A DNA stretch of 64,000 bases. Origin: Octopus sinensis (Eukaryota). Shown here in pieces: positions 1 through 11,055 of this stretch; within the stretch, counting starts at the first letter, position 1, and each line of letters starts with the position of its first letter. The stretch covers positions 1,970-65,969 of the forward strand of contig NW_021834954.1 in NCBI RefSeq assembly GCF_006345805.1. The letters run 5' to 3'. The notes below the pieces were generated by a model, which was not told the origin of the DNA, did not search any database, and saw only the letters and a program-made list of their open reading frames with translations. The position numbers and the translations under genes are program-made.

Positions 1-2086
1 GGAGACACCATTATGAAAGGTTGCTGAATAAAGAAAATGAATGGGATAAAGAGAGTCTGCTGAATGTCGACCCAACAGAGGGACCAGCTATCCAAGTTGA
101 CAGTTCCTTAGTAGTTACGGCAATTAGAAGCATGAAGATGGAAAGTCCCAGGCCCATCAGGAATTACTGCAGAGATGCTCAAAATATTTGGCAGTGTCAG
201 CCATAGCCTAGTCACCTGTATAGTTAACCAGGTGATACACGAAGGAGTCATACCCAATGACTGGTGTAGCAGCATACAAGTCAACTGCTACAAAGGTAAA
301 GGTGACGCCTTAGATACAAATAATTACAGAGGTATCAAGCTGTTGGATCAGGTAATGAAGGTTACGGAGAGGGTCATAGCCCAACTAATTAGGGAGATAG
401 TCAGTTTAGATGAGATGCAGTTTGGGTTCGTGCCAGGGAAAAGTACTACTGATGCTATATTCCTGGTAAGAAAGCTGCAGGAGAAATACCTAGCCAAAGA
501 TAAGCCCCTGTACCTGGCTTTCGTCGACATGGAGAAAGCCTTTGACAGGGTCCCCCGATCCCTTATCTGGTGGTCAATGAGGAAATTAGGGATAGATGAA
601 TGGTTAGTGAGAGCTGTGCAAGCCATGTACAGGGACGCTGAAAGTAATGTGAGGGTTGGCAACGAGTATACTAAAGAATTCAGGTTAGAGGTAGGGGTCC
701 ACCAAGGTTCTGTCCTCAGCCCCCTCCTATTTATCATAGTCCTCCAGGCAATAACGGAGGAATTCAAGACAGGATGCCCCTGGGAGCTCCTCTACGCTGA
801 TGACCTTGCTCTAATTGCTGAGTCACTATCAGAACTAGAGGAGAAGTTTCAAGTGTGGAAGCAAGGATTAGAATCGAAGGGCCTTAGAGTCAACCTAGCT
901 AAAACCAAAGTCCTAATATGTAGGAAGGCAGGCAAATCACAAACGCCTTCAGGTAGATGGCCCTGCTCGATCTGTAGAAAAGGCGTTGGTAGAAACTCTA
1001 TAAGATGTACCCAGTGTAAGTTATGGACACATAAGAGGTGCAGCAATGTCAAAAGAAGGCTAACTGGGAAGATAGTTTTTGTATTTGGCAGATGCTCAGA
1101 AGCAATAAACACTGAAAATGCGCAGAGACCAACTTCCGTCACATTCCAGAGAGAAAAACTATAAATTGTTGATAGCTTCCGTTACCTAGGTGACCAAGTC
1201 AGTAGCGGAGGCGGGTGTGTTGAAAGTGTAACTGTTAGAGTAAGAATAGCCTGGGCAAAATTCAGAGAGCTCTTACCCTGCTGGTGACAAAAGGCCTCTT
1301 GCTCATAATAAAAGGCAGACTGTATGATGCATGTGTACGAACAGCCATGCTACATGGCAGTGAAACTTGGGTCGTGACTGCTGAGGACATGCGTAAGCTC
1401 GCAAGAAATGAAGCCAGTATGCTCCGATGGATGTGTAATGTCAGTGGAAGAGGTAGACCCAGGAAAACCTGGGACGAGGTGGTGAAGCACGACCTTCGAA
1501 CCGAGGAAATGACCAGAGACCAAGACCCTTGGAAGTATGCTGTGTATTGGAAGACCCGGCTGGACAAGTGAGACTATAACCCGTGGCCTCTACCTGAGAC
1601 GTAGCCAGCCCACTTATGCTTGTGACACAAACCCTACTTGTGAAGACCTATTGAGGCAAGCGAAAATGAAAATGAAAATCAAAAATCGAAATCGATCAAC
1701 ATCAATGGAAATTGTAGCTGTGATACCAGTGCCGTCGGCACATAAGAGGACGTTGCCCCGACTGTCCCCCGTACCGGTGGCATGTAAAATACACCATCCG
1801 ATTGTGGCCGTTGCCAGCCACGTCTTTTCCCCATGCTGGTGGCACATAAAAAGCACCATCCGATCGTGGCCCTTTGCCAGCCTCATCTGGCACCTGTGCA
1901 GGTGGCACACAAAAAGCACCCACCACATTCACGGAGTGGTTGGAGTTAGGAAGGACATCCAGCCGTAGAAACACTGCCAGATCAGACAGGGCCTGGTGCA
2001 GCCTTCAGGCTTCCCAGACCCCAGTTGAACCGTCCAACCCATACTAGCATGGAAAACGGACGTTAAACGATGATGATGATGATGAT
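1..2086 (+). mobile_element. RTE-clade LINE, 5' part outside the window, 3' end complete with (GAT)n tail
   Basis: ORF 175-1164 has RT motifs KGKGDALDTNNYRGIKLL, QFGF, FVDMEKAFDRVPR, GVHQGSVLSPLLF and YADD. Stop at 1162, then VDSFRYLG and AWAKFREL, then a frameshifted C-terminus (1284-1571). The 3' UTR ends GTTAAAC(GAT)6 at 2062-2086. Confidence 0.92.
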
Positions 2087-2191
2087 ATTCATACATATAT
2101 ATGTATATATATACATGCACATATATACATACATACATATATATATATATATATGGACATATATATACATACATATATACATTTACACATC

Positions 2192-2231
<40 letters not shown>

Positions 2232-2254
2232 CATATATACATATATATATATGT

Positions 2255-2542
2255 GAATGAAAGAATGGAGTCGAACGAAGATGTTAACAAAATTCTTTTA
2301 CTCTCGACATATGTTTCGAAGACAGCATATTTTTATTCCGAAGGAACACACTTTCCACTCATATAAATGATAAAGATAGCCACTGTAGTTTTAACAATTA
2401 GCTTCACGTTCACACCACTGCCATAGACAAATTCTTTCCTACGCCGCCGAACATTCTTTCAATCAACGTTCACTTCCTCTTCCCTAACTATTACTCCTTT
2501 ATATATTCCATTGCTGCTACATATCTTTGACGTATGCTTCTC

Positions 2543-2584
<42 letters not shown>

Positions 2585-3096
2585 TCTCTCTCTCTCTCTC
2601 CCACACACAAAATCAAACACACAGACACATTTTCCCCTTACTACAACGTATATTTGACGTATGTCTCTCTCTCTCACACACACAGACACAAATGCAGTTA
2701 TATACACACACACACACGTACACACACACAAACACACACGTACACACACACAAACGCTCGCACTCATTAACACAAGCACACACCTGCACATCTCCATACA
2801 TACAGCAAACATACTGTCCCCTACCTATTTTTACTTCCTCCTTCTACCCATTTTTGACGTCAATGATTATAACGGATTTTCTTAAAAAAACACTCATTAT
2901 CGCTGTGATCACCATGTAGGCAATCATCGAAATTCTTGTTCGTCTTGTGGTTGAGAGAGGCTCCTTATCTTTCCTGATGAGAAGATTGCATAATGCACCC
3001 TTTATTCCTTCGGAATAAAAATATGCTGTCTTCGAAACATATGTCGAGAGTAAAGGAATTTCGTTAACATCTTCGTTCGACTCCATTCTTTCATTC
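2255..3096. repeat. Small element bounded by a 92-bp inverted repeat (2255-2346 vs 3005-3096), with internal CT/CA microsatellites
   Basis: Arms are reverse complements with about 2 mismatches by eye. A TA-rich microsatellite lies on the left. The right arm overlaps a hammerhead motif. Confidence 0.85.
2962..3057 (+). ncRNA. Type I hammerhead ribozyme motif
   Basis: ctttc-CTGATGA(2974-2980)-gaaga...tcttc-GAAA-C-atat-G-TC-gagag. Helix I ctttc/gagag extends with tcctt/aagga. Helix II gaaga/tcttc carries inner gcata/tatgc and tttattcc/ggaataaa stems. Helix III is the palindrome ACATATGT. Predicted cleavage after C3045. Confidence 0.8.
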
Positions 3097-3252
3097 ATTC
3101 GTATACAACACACAGATTTCTACACAAGAACCCGGAGTTTCTACCCTTGGACAGGTCGCTTCAACCGTGTTTCTGACGTGAATTTGCTACCCAGGTTTCG
3201 GTTAAACGAATTTTCCATGCTGACGATAAACATAGGATAATTCATTCACCTA

Positions 3253-3303
<51 letters not shown>

Positions 3304-3350
3304 ATTATATATATAATATATATATATATACATACAAATATATCTATATA

Positions 3351-3396
<46 letters not shown>

Positions 3397-3566
3397 ATGA
3401 GATAGGGGTTGTAAATTCAACCCTCCATGGGATAACATATATCCAATATACTGCTAGAGAAGTACCCAACAAAGCTAATACATAAATGTTAAAAATTGCG
3501 ATGCAATTAATTCATTTACTGTATTAGGTGGGCAAAGGTAAAATTATTTTTACCGTAAATTAATAA

Positions 3567-3882
3567 TACAAAATGAGAAAATGGAGAAATATATCTAAAT
3601 CAATGATCAACTATCAGATAATACCGAATCATATACTTTATTAAAACACTACACAATCGCAATAAATATAACAAGATATAAAAATACATATACATTATAT
3701 ATGTATTTTTATATCTTGTTATATTTATTTAGTTACATCTCACCATATTGATTGTAATTATTGTACTGTATTAATGTCTAATCTCATTGCGATTGTGTAG
3801 TGTTTTAATAAAGTATATGATTCGGTATTATCTGATAGTTGATCATTGATTTAGATATATTTCTCCATTTTCTCATTTTGTA
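3567..3882. repeat. Nested inverted repeats: 97-bp arms (3567-3663, 3786-3882) plus an inner 32-bp hairpin (3661-3729)
   Basis: Direct reverse-complement matching. Right end abuts (TA)n. Confidence 0.85.
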
Positions 3883-3898
3883 TATATATATATTACAT

Positions 3899-4385
3899 AT
3901 GGGAGACTTCAATCTACCCAACTATGCGAACGAGGACAGGCGAGGTCTCCCCTGAACCTCATGAACACTCCGTACATGGAGCAAGTAATACTCCAACCAA
4001 CCAGGGCAGGTAACACACTGGATCCCCGCCTCACAAACAATACGGACCCCATCCATAATGTGAAAGCGACACCGACGCCACTCTCGGATCACAACATGGT
4101 AAGCTGACTATGTACGGGCCAAAGGAAAGCATGGACATGCAGCCTACAAGAAACTTTCAGAATCCTTCCAGCTTGAACCTCCACAAGGCAAACTAGAAAC
4201 AAATTGAGAAAGAGATCCTCAAACAAAACTGGCCTGAATGTCTATCCTCACCAGACATCGACATTAAACGCCAACAATTCATGTCCGTAATGCAAGCCAT
4301 ATGCCACAAATATGTACACAAGAACAAAATCCCTAGAGAGAGGAAAATTCCCATGAGACGGCGTAAAAAATTTTCAAATTGCCTA
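3899..4385 (+). mobile_element. Decayed CR1/L2-like LINE ORF2 fragment (APE endonuclease C-terminus and linker)
   Basis: Manual translation gives MGDFNLP..., MEQVILQPTRAGNTLD..., LSDHNMV, LNLHKAN*KQI. This parallels the EN region of the LINE at 38108-41745. Confidence 0.75.
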
Positions 4386-4391
4386 AACACA

Positions 4392-4580
4392 CTGCGTGGC
4401 ACCTTCTACTATAGCCTTGGGCCGACCAAAGTGTTGGATTTGGGAGTCGGAAACTGAAAGAAACCCGTCGTATATATGTGTATAAGTGCAGGAGTGGCTG
4501 TGTGGTAAGTAGCTTGCTTACCAACCACATGGTTCCGGGTTCAGTCCCACTGCATGACGTGTTGGACAGATGTCTTCTTC
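4392..4580 (+). mobile_element. Fragments of an abundant tRNA-headed SINE (family A)
   Basis: GGAGTGGCTGTGTGGTAAG (A-box-like) and GGTTCAGTCCC (B-box-like). The body ctactatagcc..ggaaactgaaagaa recurs more than 10 times in the window. Confidence 0.75.
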
Positions 4581-4589
4581 GAGGGTCGT

Positions 4590-5033
4590 GTATTACTTGG
4601 AGTCACCCATTGTGTCAAGGCGTATCTCCCAGTCCTCCAACCCACCTACAAGAGCATCGCGAAATATGACGTCCCAAAGGCATTCCAATTTGAATTTGCA
4701 GACACCTCACTGTCATCTACGACACGCTGCTAATATCCAAACGAGTTCGTCCCCATCCAGGCACATTTGCTGTATCTGCTCATCGCTGGAGCCCAACTCA
4801 TCGAACGTCTATGTAAAATCTTTTCTGAGGGTCTCGTTGCAGTATTCGTTAAGCTGAAAGACTACTTCGTTACACCCAAGTTCACTAGCTTGTGTGTAGT
4901 CTGAACATCTCAGCTCAAACAAAGCCCACTCCTCGCCTGTTCCAGCTGCGGAGATGACGGGGCGGCGAACCTTCACGGATTAGACTTTCATTGGAACGGC
5001 CTTTTGCCAGGCATTCCGATGGGCGACTATAAA
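4590..5033 (-). mobile_element. Gypsy LTR-retrotransposon gag relic
   Basis: Minus-strand translation KVRRPVISAAGTGEEWALFELRCSDY...FQLNEYCNETLRKDFT*...GVCKF...FRDALVGGLEDWEIRLD resembles the gag of invertebrate Gypsy elements. Internal stops present. Confidence 0.7.
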
Positions 5034-6056
5034 ATAAAGCAGGGGCTAGAGACAAAAAAAGGATCAACGAATTAAATTGTAACTGTTAGTGGAAGGAGGA
5101 TTCTCGAATTGGCGAACATTACAGTAGACACTGACATACAGCAGACACAGTTCTGTTACTTTAATCACCATTTCTTTACTTCAGAATCTCAAAAACGAAG
5201 TCGAAAACAACATTTGAACCATTCATAAATAAAAGGAGATATCAGCAATATCTTCTCCTGATGCGACATTGGATATTATTATGTAACCACTAGTCATATT
5301 CATGATGTAAACATATCTTCAGTAATATGTGTAACAGGAAATCACTATATCCTGTGGTTCACAGTAGAATAACTACATGTTGCCTTCCTTGCTTAGATTT
5401 CTCCTATTGTAGTAGGGAATGGAGCATGATTGAATATCTGTTACCAATATAATAAGATGTCTTCTACTTCACGAAACGAAAAAGACTTATTAGGAAAGAT
5501 AAGACTAAAGTACAGAGATGGAGGCGACAAGGTGAATAACGAGTAGCAGATGTAAAACAAACAAGATGGACCTATGTCGAAGTAAACGTGTACGAAACAG
5601 AAAGAAGACAAAGAGAGAACTAAGTCTATAGCCCTAACCCTAAACCAAGCTGCGGAGATGTCGGGGCGGCGAACCTTCACGGATTAGACTTTCATTGGAA
5701 CGGCCTTTTGCCAGGCATTCCGATGGGCGTCTATAAAGCAAATTCGCGAACATTACAGCATACACTGACATATAGATATACACGCACTACACACGAGCGC
5801 ACATATGCAGCGCCCAACAGAATCTCCACAAGGCAAACTAGAAACGCATACACACACCTTCATGCAAACACTACACACACATGCAGATAAATACATACAC
5901 ACACACATATATGGAGAGAGATAAATACATACACACACACATATATGGAGAGAGATAGAGAGATTCACACACATAAGTGTTTGTGTGTTTAAAGAAGGAT
6001 ATATGAGTTAGTTGTATTTGGTCCAAGTTCAGTTTCCTTCTGAGTCGACTTCACTG

Positions 6057-6496
6057 TCCAGACCCTTCGGTCCAGACCCTTCGGTCCATACCCTTCGGTC
6101 CATACCCTTCGGTCCATACCCTTCGGTCCATACCCTTCGGTCCAGACCCTTCCGTCCATACCCTTCGGTCCATACCCTTCGGTCCATACCCTTCGGTCCA
6201 GACCCTTCCGTCCATACCCTTCGGTCCAGACCCTTCCGTCCATACCCTTCGGTCCATACCCTTCGGTCCAGACCCTTCGGTCCAGACCCTTCGGTCCATA
6301 CCCTTCGGTCCAGACACTTCGGTCCATACCCTTCGGTCCAGACCCTTCCGTCCATACCCTTCGGTCCATACCCTTCGGTCCATACCCTTCGGTCCAGACC
6401 CTTCGGTCCATACCCTTCGGTCCAGACCCTTCGGTCCAGACCCTTCGGTCCATACCCTTCGGTCCAGACCCTTCCGTCCAGACCCTTCGGTCCATA
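6057..6496. repeat. 14-bp minisatellite, about 31 copies (CCCTTCGGTCCA[T/G]A)
   Basis: Direct inspection. Source of the spurious ORFs at 5989-6557. Confidence 0.95.
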
Positions 6497-6574
6497 CATT
6501 ATACCTGCCAAATTTAAGACACATTTACAATATTTCAAATCTCACTTAAAAATTTAAAAATATAAATCCTATTG

Positions 6575-7804
6575 TAAGGGTTAGGGTTAGGTTTAGGGTT
6601 AGGGATAGGGGTAGGGTTAGGTTTAGGGTTAGGGATAGGGGTAGGGTTAGTGTTAGGTTTAGGGTTAGGGATAGGGGTAGGGTTAGTGTTAGGTTTAGGG
6701 TTAGGGATAGGGGTAGGGTTAGTGTTAGGTTTAGGGTTAGGGATAGGGGTAGGGTTAGTGTTAGGTTTAGGGTTAGGGATAGGGGTAGGGTTAGTGTTAG
6801 GTTTAGGGTTAGGGATAGGGGTAGGGTTAGTGTTAGGGTTAGTGTTAGGTTTAGGGTTAGAGATAGGGGTAGGGTTAGTGTTAGGGTTAGGGTTAGTGTT
6901 AGGTTTAGGGTTAGGGTTAGAGTTAGGGGTTAGGGTTAGGGTAAGGGGTAGAGTTAGGGTTAAGGTTAGGGGTTAGAGTTGGGGTTAGGGTTAGGGGTTA
7001 GAGTTAGTGTTATGGTTAGGGTTAGGGTCAGGGATAGTGTTAGGGTTGGGTTTTGGGTTAAGTGTAGGGATAGGGTTAGGGTGAGTGATAGGGTTAGGTG
7101 TAGAGTTAGGGTTATGGTTTGGATGAGGGTTACGGTTAGGGCTAGGGTCAGGGATTAGAGTCAGGGTTAAGGTTAGGTGTAGTTATAGGGTAGAGTTAGT
7201 GTGAGGGTGAGGGTTAGGGGTTAGAGTCAGGGTTAGGGTAAGGGTTAGGGGTTAGGGTTAAGGTTAGGGCGAGGGTTAGGGTTAAGGTTAGGGCGAGGGT
7301 TAGGGGTTACGGTTAGGCATTAGGGTTAGGGTTAGAGTTAGGGGTTAGGGTTAGAATTAGGGTGAGGGTGAGTGGTTAGGGTTAGGGTCAGGGATAGTGT
7401 TAGGGTTAGTGTTACGGTTAGGTATAGAGTTAGTGTTAGGTCTAGGGTTTGGATTAGGGTTACGGTTAGGGTAAGGGTCAGGGGTTAGAGTCAGGGTTAG
7501 GAGTTAGGGTTAGGGGTTAGTGTTAGGGTTAGGGTTTGCTTTAGAGTTAGGGTTAGGGTTAAGGGTTGAGTTAGGGTTAAGGGTTGAGTTAGGGTTAGGG
7601 GCGAGAGTCAGGTTTAGGGTTAGGGTTAGTTTAGGGCGAGGGTTATGGGTTAGGGCGAGGGTTAGGGTTAGGCGTTATGGTTAGGGTTGGGGTTAGTTTT
7701 AGGGTCAGGTTTAGGTTTAGTGTTAGGGTTAGGGTAAGGGTTTTGGTTAGGGTAATGGGTAGAGTTAGGGTTAGGTTTATGGTTCGGATTAGGGTTAGAG
7801 TTAG
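6575..7804 (+). repeat. Interstitial degenerate (TTAGGG)n array with a 36-bp higher-order repeat at its start
   Basis: Hexamer variants TTAGGT-TTAGGG-TTAGGG-ATAGGG-GTAGGG-TTAGTG repeat about 5-6 times from about 6620 to 6880, then the array is more degenerate. Confidence 0.92.
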
Positions 7805-8218
7805 TATCAAATATAAGTTAATTGATAGAAAAACACACACAAAAGACACACAAAACACGCAAAACACACACAAAACAAACACAGAACATAACCAAAACAC
7901 ACACAAATCACACAAAACACTCACAGAACACATAAAAACACAAAAACACACATAACACACACCAAACATACAAAAAAACACACAAAAAACAAACAAAATT
8001 CACACAGAACAAACACAAATGACTCTCAAAAGACACAAAAATACACTCAAAACACACACACCATATAAATATAAAACCAAAGGATCCAGGTACAGGAAGT
8101 TAGTGAGCTTCAAGCAATCTGTATAAAAATCAACTTTCAGGAACAATAGGGGTTCATCGGTGCAGAAGTTTGTGAATGAATTTTTCCCATGTTGAAGAAC
8201 AAGAAACTGGAAAAGGTT

Positions 8219-8625
8219 TGAGCAGAATTGAGGCCAGTTTGAAATGTTTGCGACATATTTCAACTGCTAAAAGGTAAATACATTGCAGTTACTATGGAGA
8301 ATAAATCTCTCTTGTGGTAAAAAGGTGTGAAAACACTGGTTCATTCAGTGATGCCTTCTATTAGGAATCTCAGACATCAATGTTTTGAGCCATTTTGGTT
8401 CTTGTCAATGAAATGTACCTAAGAGAGATAACTCTGAAAGAACTTAGCTATAGCTTTATGTATAATCTTAGGTGCAGTGACGAGAGCAAATATGTCTGAG
8501 ATTTCTGAAAGAGGGCGACACTGAACAAACCAGTGTTTTCTCACCTTTCTACCATAAGAGAAATTTATTCTCCATGGTAACTGCATGTCGCAAACATATT
8601 TCGAATTGGCCTAAATTCTGCTCAT
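8219..8625. mobile_element. MITE-like fold-back element with long imperfect inverted arms (about 8219-8378 and 8489-8625)
   Basis: Arms match as reverse complements at roughly 85% by eye, with one indel of about 25 bp. Confidence 0.65.
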
Positions 8626-8698
8626 ACCTAAACACCACTTCATGCTAAGGTTATTTTATAATATACGATTAGAAGTTGGGGTTGCTTAAAATGCTAAT

Positions 8699-9240
8699 CG
8701 TCATCATCATCATCATCATCATCGTTTAACGTCCGCTTTTCATGCTAGCATGGGTTGGACGGTTTTGACTGAGGGCGGCGAGCTGGCAGAAACGTTAGCA
8801 CGCCGGGCGAAATGCGTAGCCGTATTTCGTCTGCCGGTTACTTTCTGAGTTAAAATTCCGCCGAGGTCGACTTTGCCTCTCATCCTTTCGGGGTCGATAA
8901 ATTAAGTACCAGTTACACACTGGGGGTCGATGTAATCGACTTAATCCGTTTGTCCTCTCTCTGTTTGTCCTCTCTGTGTTTAGCCCCTTGTGGGTAGTAA
9001 AGAAATAGGTTTTGACTGAGGGCTGGCAACCAGATGGCTGCACCAGGCTCAAGTCTTGATCTGGTAGAGTTTCTACCGCTGGATGCCCTTCCTAACGCCA
9101 ACCACTCCAAGAGTGTAGTGGGTGCTTTTACATGCCACCAGCATGGGGCCAGTCAAGCGGTACTGGCAATGACCTCGCTCGAATCTTTTTACAGGTGTCA
9201 GTGAAGCGACAGTAACGATCACGCTCGAATGGTGCCATTT
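8699..9240 (-). mobile_element. RTE 3'-end fragment interrupted by a SINE
   Basis: (CAT)n-CGTTTAACGTCCG...GCATGGGTTGGACGG is the reverse complement of the RTE 3' end at 1900-2086. Confidence 0.85.
8777..9007 (+). mobile_element. tRNA-derived SINE (family C) with a 16-bp target-site duplication
   Basis: GGTTTTGACTGAGGGC at 8761-8776 and 9008-9023 flanks the insert. tRNA-like head. A partial relative lies at about 31820-31920. Confidence 0.85.
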
Positions 9241-9271
9241 ACGTATTATTATCATTATTATTATTATTATT

Positions 9272-9305
<34 letters not shown>

Positions 9306-9984
9306 GTTAGGGAATATAAAATTCCAAGCCAAGAATTTAGAGACAAAACCTCTACGTAGCAATTCAAACAATACTGAATGATATTATCTATACAAAACCA
9401 TATAGAAAGTAGTTAAATATATTATAAATATTATTCTAAAAATCATAAAACTAAAATAAACATTATATTGACTACGTGCGTTTCGTGACCATATATTTAA
9501 ATCGATAATATTAAAAAGTTAATTTTACTTCAATTTAAAATTATATAGCCACTCGTCAGGTAAAAAAATATAAAATAAATGAAGATTTTATAATTAAACA
9601 ATAAATATATCTATCTTAACATTAAATAATCCAATTAAATTTAACAATATTAATATACAGTAAAATCATCACTGAGATTTAAATGAAATTTAAATCTTGT
9701 ATTCAAGGAAAACTTCCTACATGACCCTGAGTGTTAAAGAACATTGAATTGTCAGAGACCAAGCTCGCTTCAGATGCCAAGAATGCTAGACATAAATATT
9801 TCATCTACTTTTAATTCGTAATTTAACTTTCACCTGTGCTTTGCTTCAGCACATCAACAAATAAACTTCAGTGCATTTTTTTATAAGTCATAAACAAGCA
9901 ATTCATTTCATTTCGATGAAAAGCCATGGCAATGGTGAAATATTGGTATCTATTGTTTTTAATTTAATTTAATTTTTTGGCTCA

Positions 9985-10345
9985 AATAGCAAAAGCAAGG
10001 CCATGCTGGGGGACATGGAGTTATGTACAGGGAGGGTGTTCATACAACGAGTTCAGGCCATTTCTGGTCGAGGAAGACTTTGAACCAAGTGGTCATCGAC
10101 ATCTTCACTATCTCGTCCGGCAGCTTATTCCACGGATCCACAACCCGGACGGAGAAATCCCCTCTCCTTCAATTGAGATGAAATTGTCGTAGATAGAGCT
10201 TTTTGGAGTGACCCCGCAGCCCACACTCTGGAGCAGGAGTGCAGAACAGCTCTTTCGATGTTACACTTTCCGCTTATGATGTTCTTGGCATTTAAGGTGA
10301 ATTTTCTTGCCAGGTCTATTACACTTGGCATCATATAGGGAGTAC
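9985..10345 (-). mobile_element. CR1/L2-like LINE ORF2 C-terminal fragment
   Basis: Minus-strand translation RGHSKKLYLRQFHLN*RRGF...VRVVDPWNKLPDEIV matches the RGH..KL / RVV..WN.LP motif. Confidence 0.75.
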
Positions 10346-10449
10346 GCACAACTGATGATGTTTGTATATTTTTCTATGAGGTGAATGCTGAAAAGTTTCT
10401 GGCTGTGGATAAAAGAAAATGGAGAGGCAGATCAGTTATAAATTTACAT

Positions 10450-10643
10450 TTGTCCTTATCTTGTTTGTTGCTAACACAATGTTTCGGCTGATGTACTCTC
10501 CAGTCTTCATCAGGTTTCCTGGTAGAATTTTGAACCGGAATTCTCATTCCTAAGGTATTTTTCTGATGTTATTCAGGTCACTGCCTGGAATCAAACTCGG
10601 CATCTTGAGGTTAGTAACCTGCGCTCTTAACCACAACACCATA
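10450..10643 (-). mobile_element. tRNA-headed SINE carrying a minimal hammerhead-like motif at its 3' end
   Basis: Minus strand: A-box-like TGGTGTTGTGG (10631-10641), B-box-like GAGTTTGATTCC (10587-10598), then ggaaac-CTGATGA-a-gactg..cagcc-GAAAC-A-TT-gtgtt (10473-10519). Confidence 0.75.
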
Positions 10644-10646
10644 TAC

Positions 10647-10677
<31 letters not shown>

Positions 10678-10736
10678 ATGTATGTATGTATGTAAGTATG
10701 TATGTATGTACGTACGTACGTACGTATGTATGTATG

Positions 10737-10767
<31 letters not shown>

Positions 10768-10804
10768 ATACGTATGTATGAATATATATATATGAGTGTG
10801 TTTG

Positions 10805-10872
<68 letters not shown>

Positions 10873-10983
10873 CCCTAGTTTTGTCGGGACGTTCGGAGTC
10901 TGCGCAGTGATCTGATTAGTTAGAGAGAGTAAATCATTAGAAGCACATGCTTCTAGTGAGTTAGGATCTCAGAAAAACAGGGC

Positions 10984-11055
10984 TCTCACTGACGAATTCT
11001 CCCTGAGCAAATAAATTATCTTTATTGCTGAAAAGAAAGAAACTGCAGTCTGAGA
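10984..11055 (+). ncRNA. Type I hammerhead-like motif (helix II closing pair mismatched)
   Basis: tctca-CTGACGA-a-ttct...agaa-a-GAAA-C-tgca-G-TC-tgaga. Helix I tctca/tgaga is 5 bp. Inner stem agcaaataaa/tttattgct. Flanks are homologous to the element at 27580-28250. Confidence 0.65.

Noticed and set aside
3225-3245. CTGACGA at about 3231
   Set aside because: No helix II or GAAA follows before the TA microsatellite.
6057-6496. CRISPR-like appearance of short regular repeats (also 32303-32560)
   Set aside because: There are no unique spacers, no cas genes, and the context is eukaryotic.
5989-6976. Long repetitive ORFs (GPKGMDRRVWTE..., LGLGLGIGVG...)
   Set aside because: They are translations of the 14-bp minisatellite and the TTAGGG array; open frames are a by-product of repeat composition.
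6575-7804. True chromosome end or telomere fusion
   Set aside because: The arrays are highly degenerate, internal, and co-oriented rather than head-to-head.
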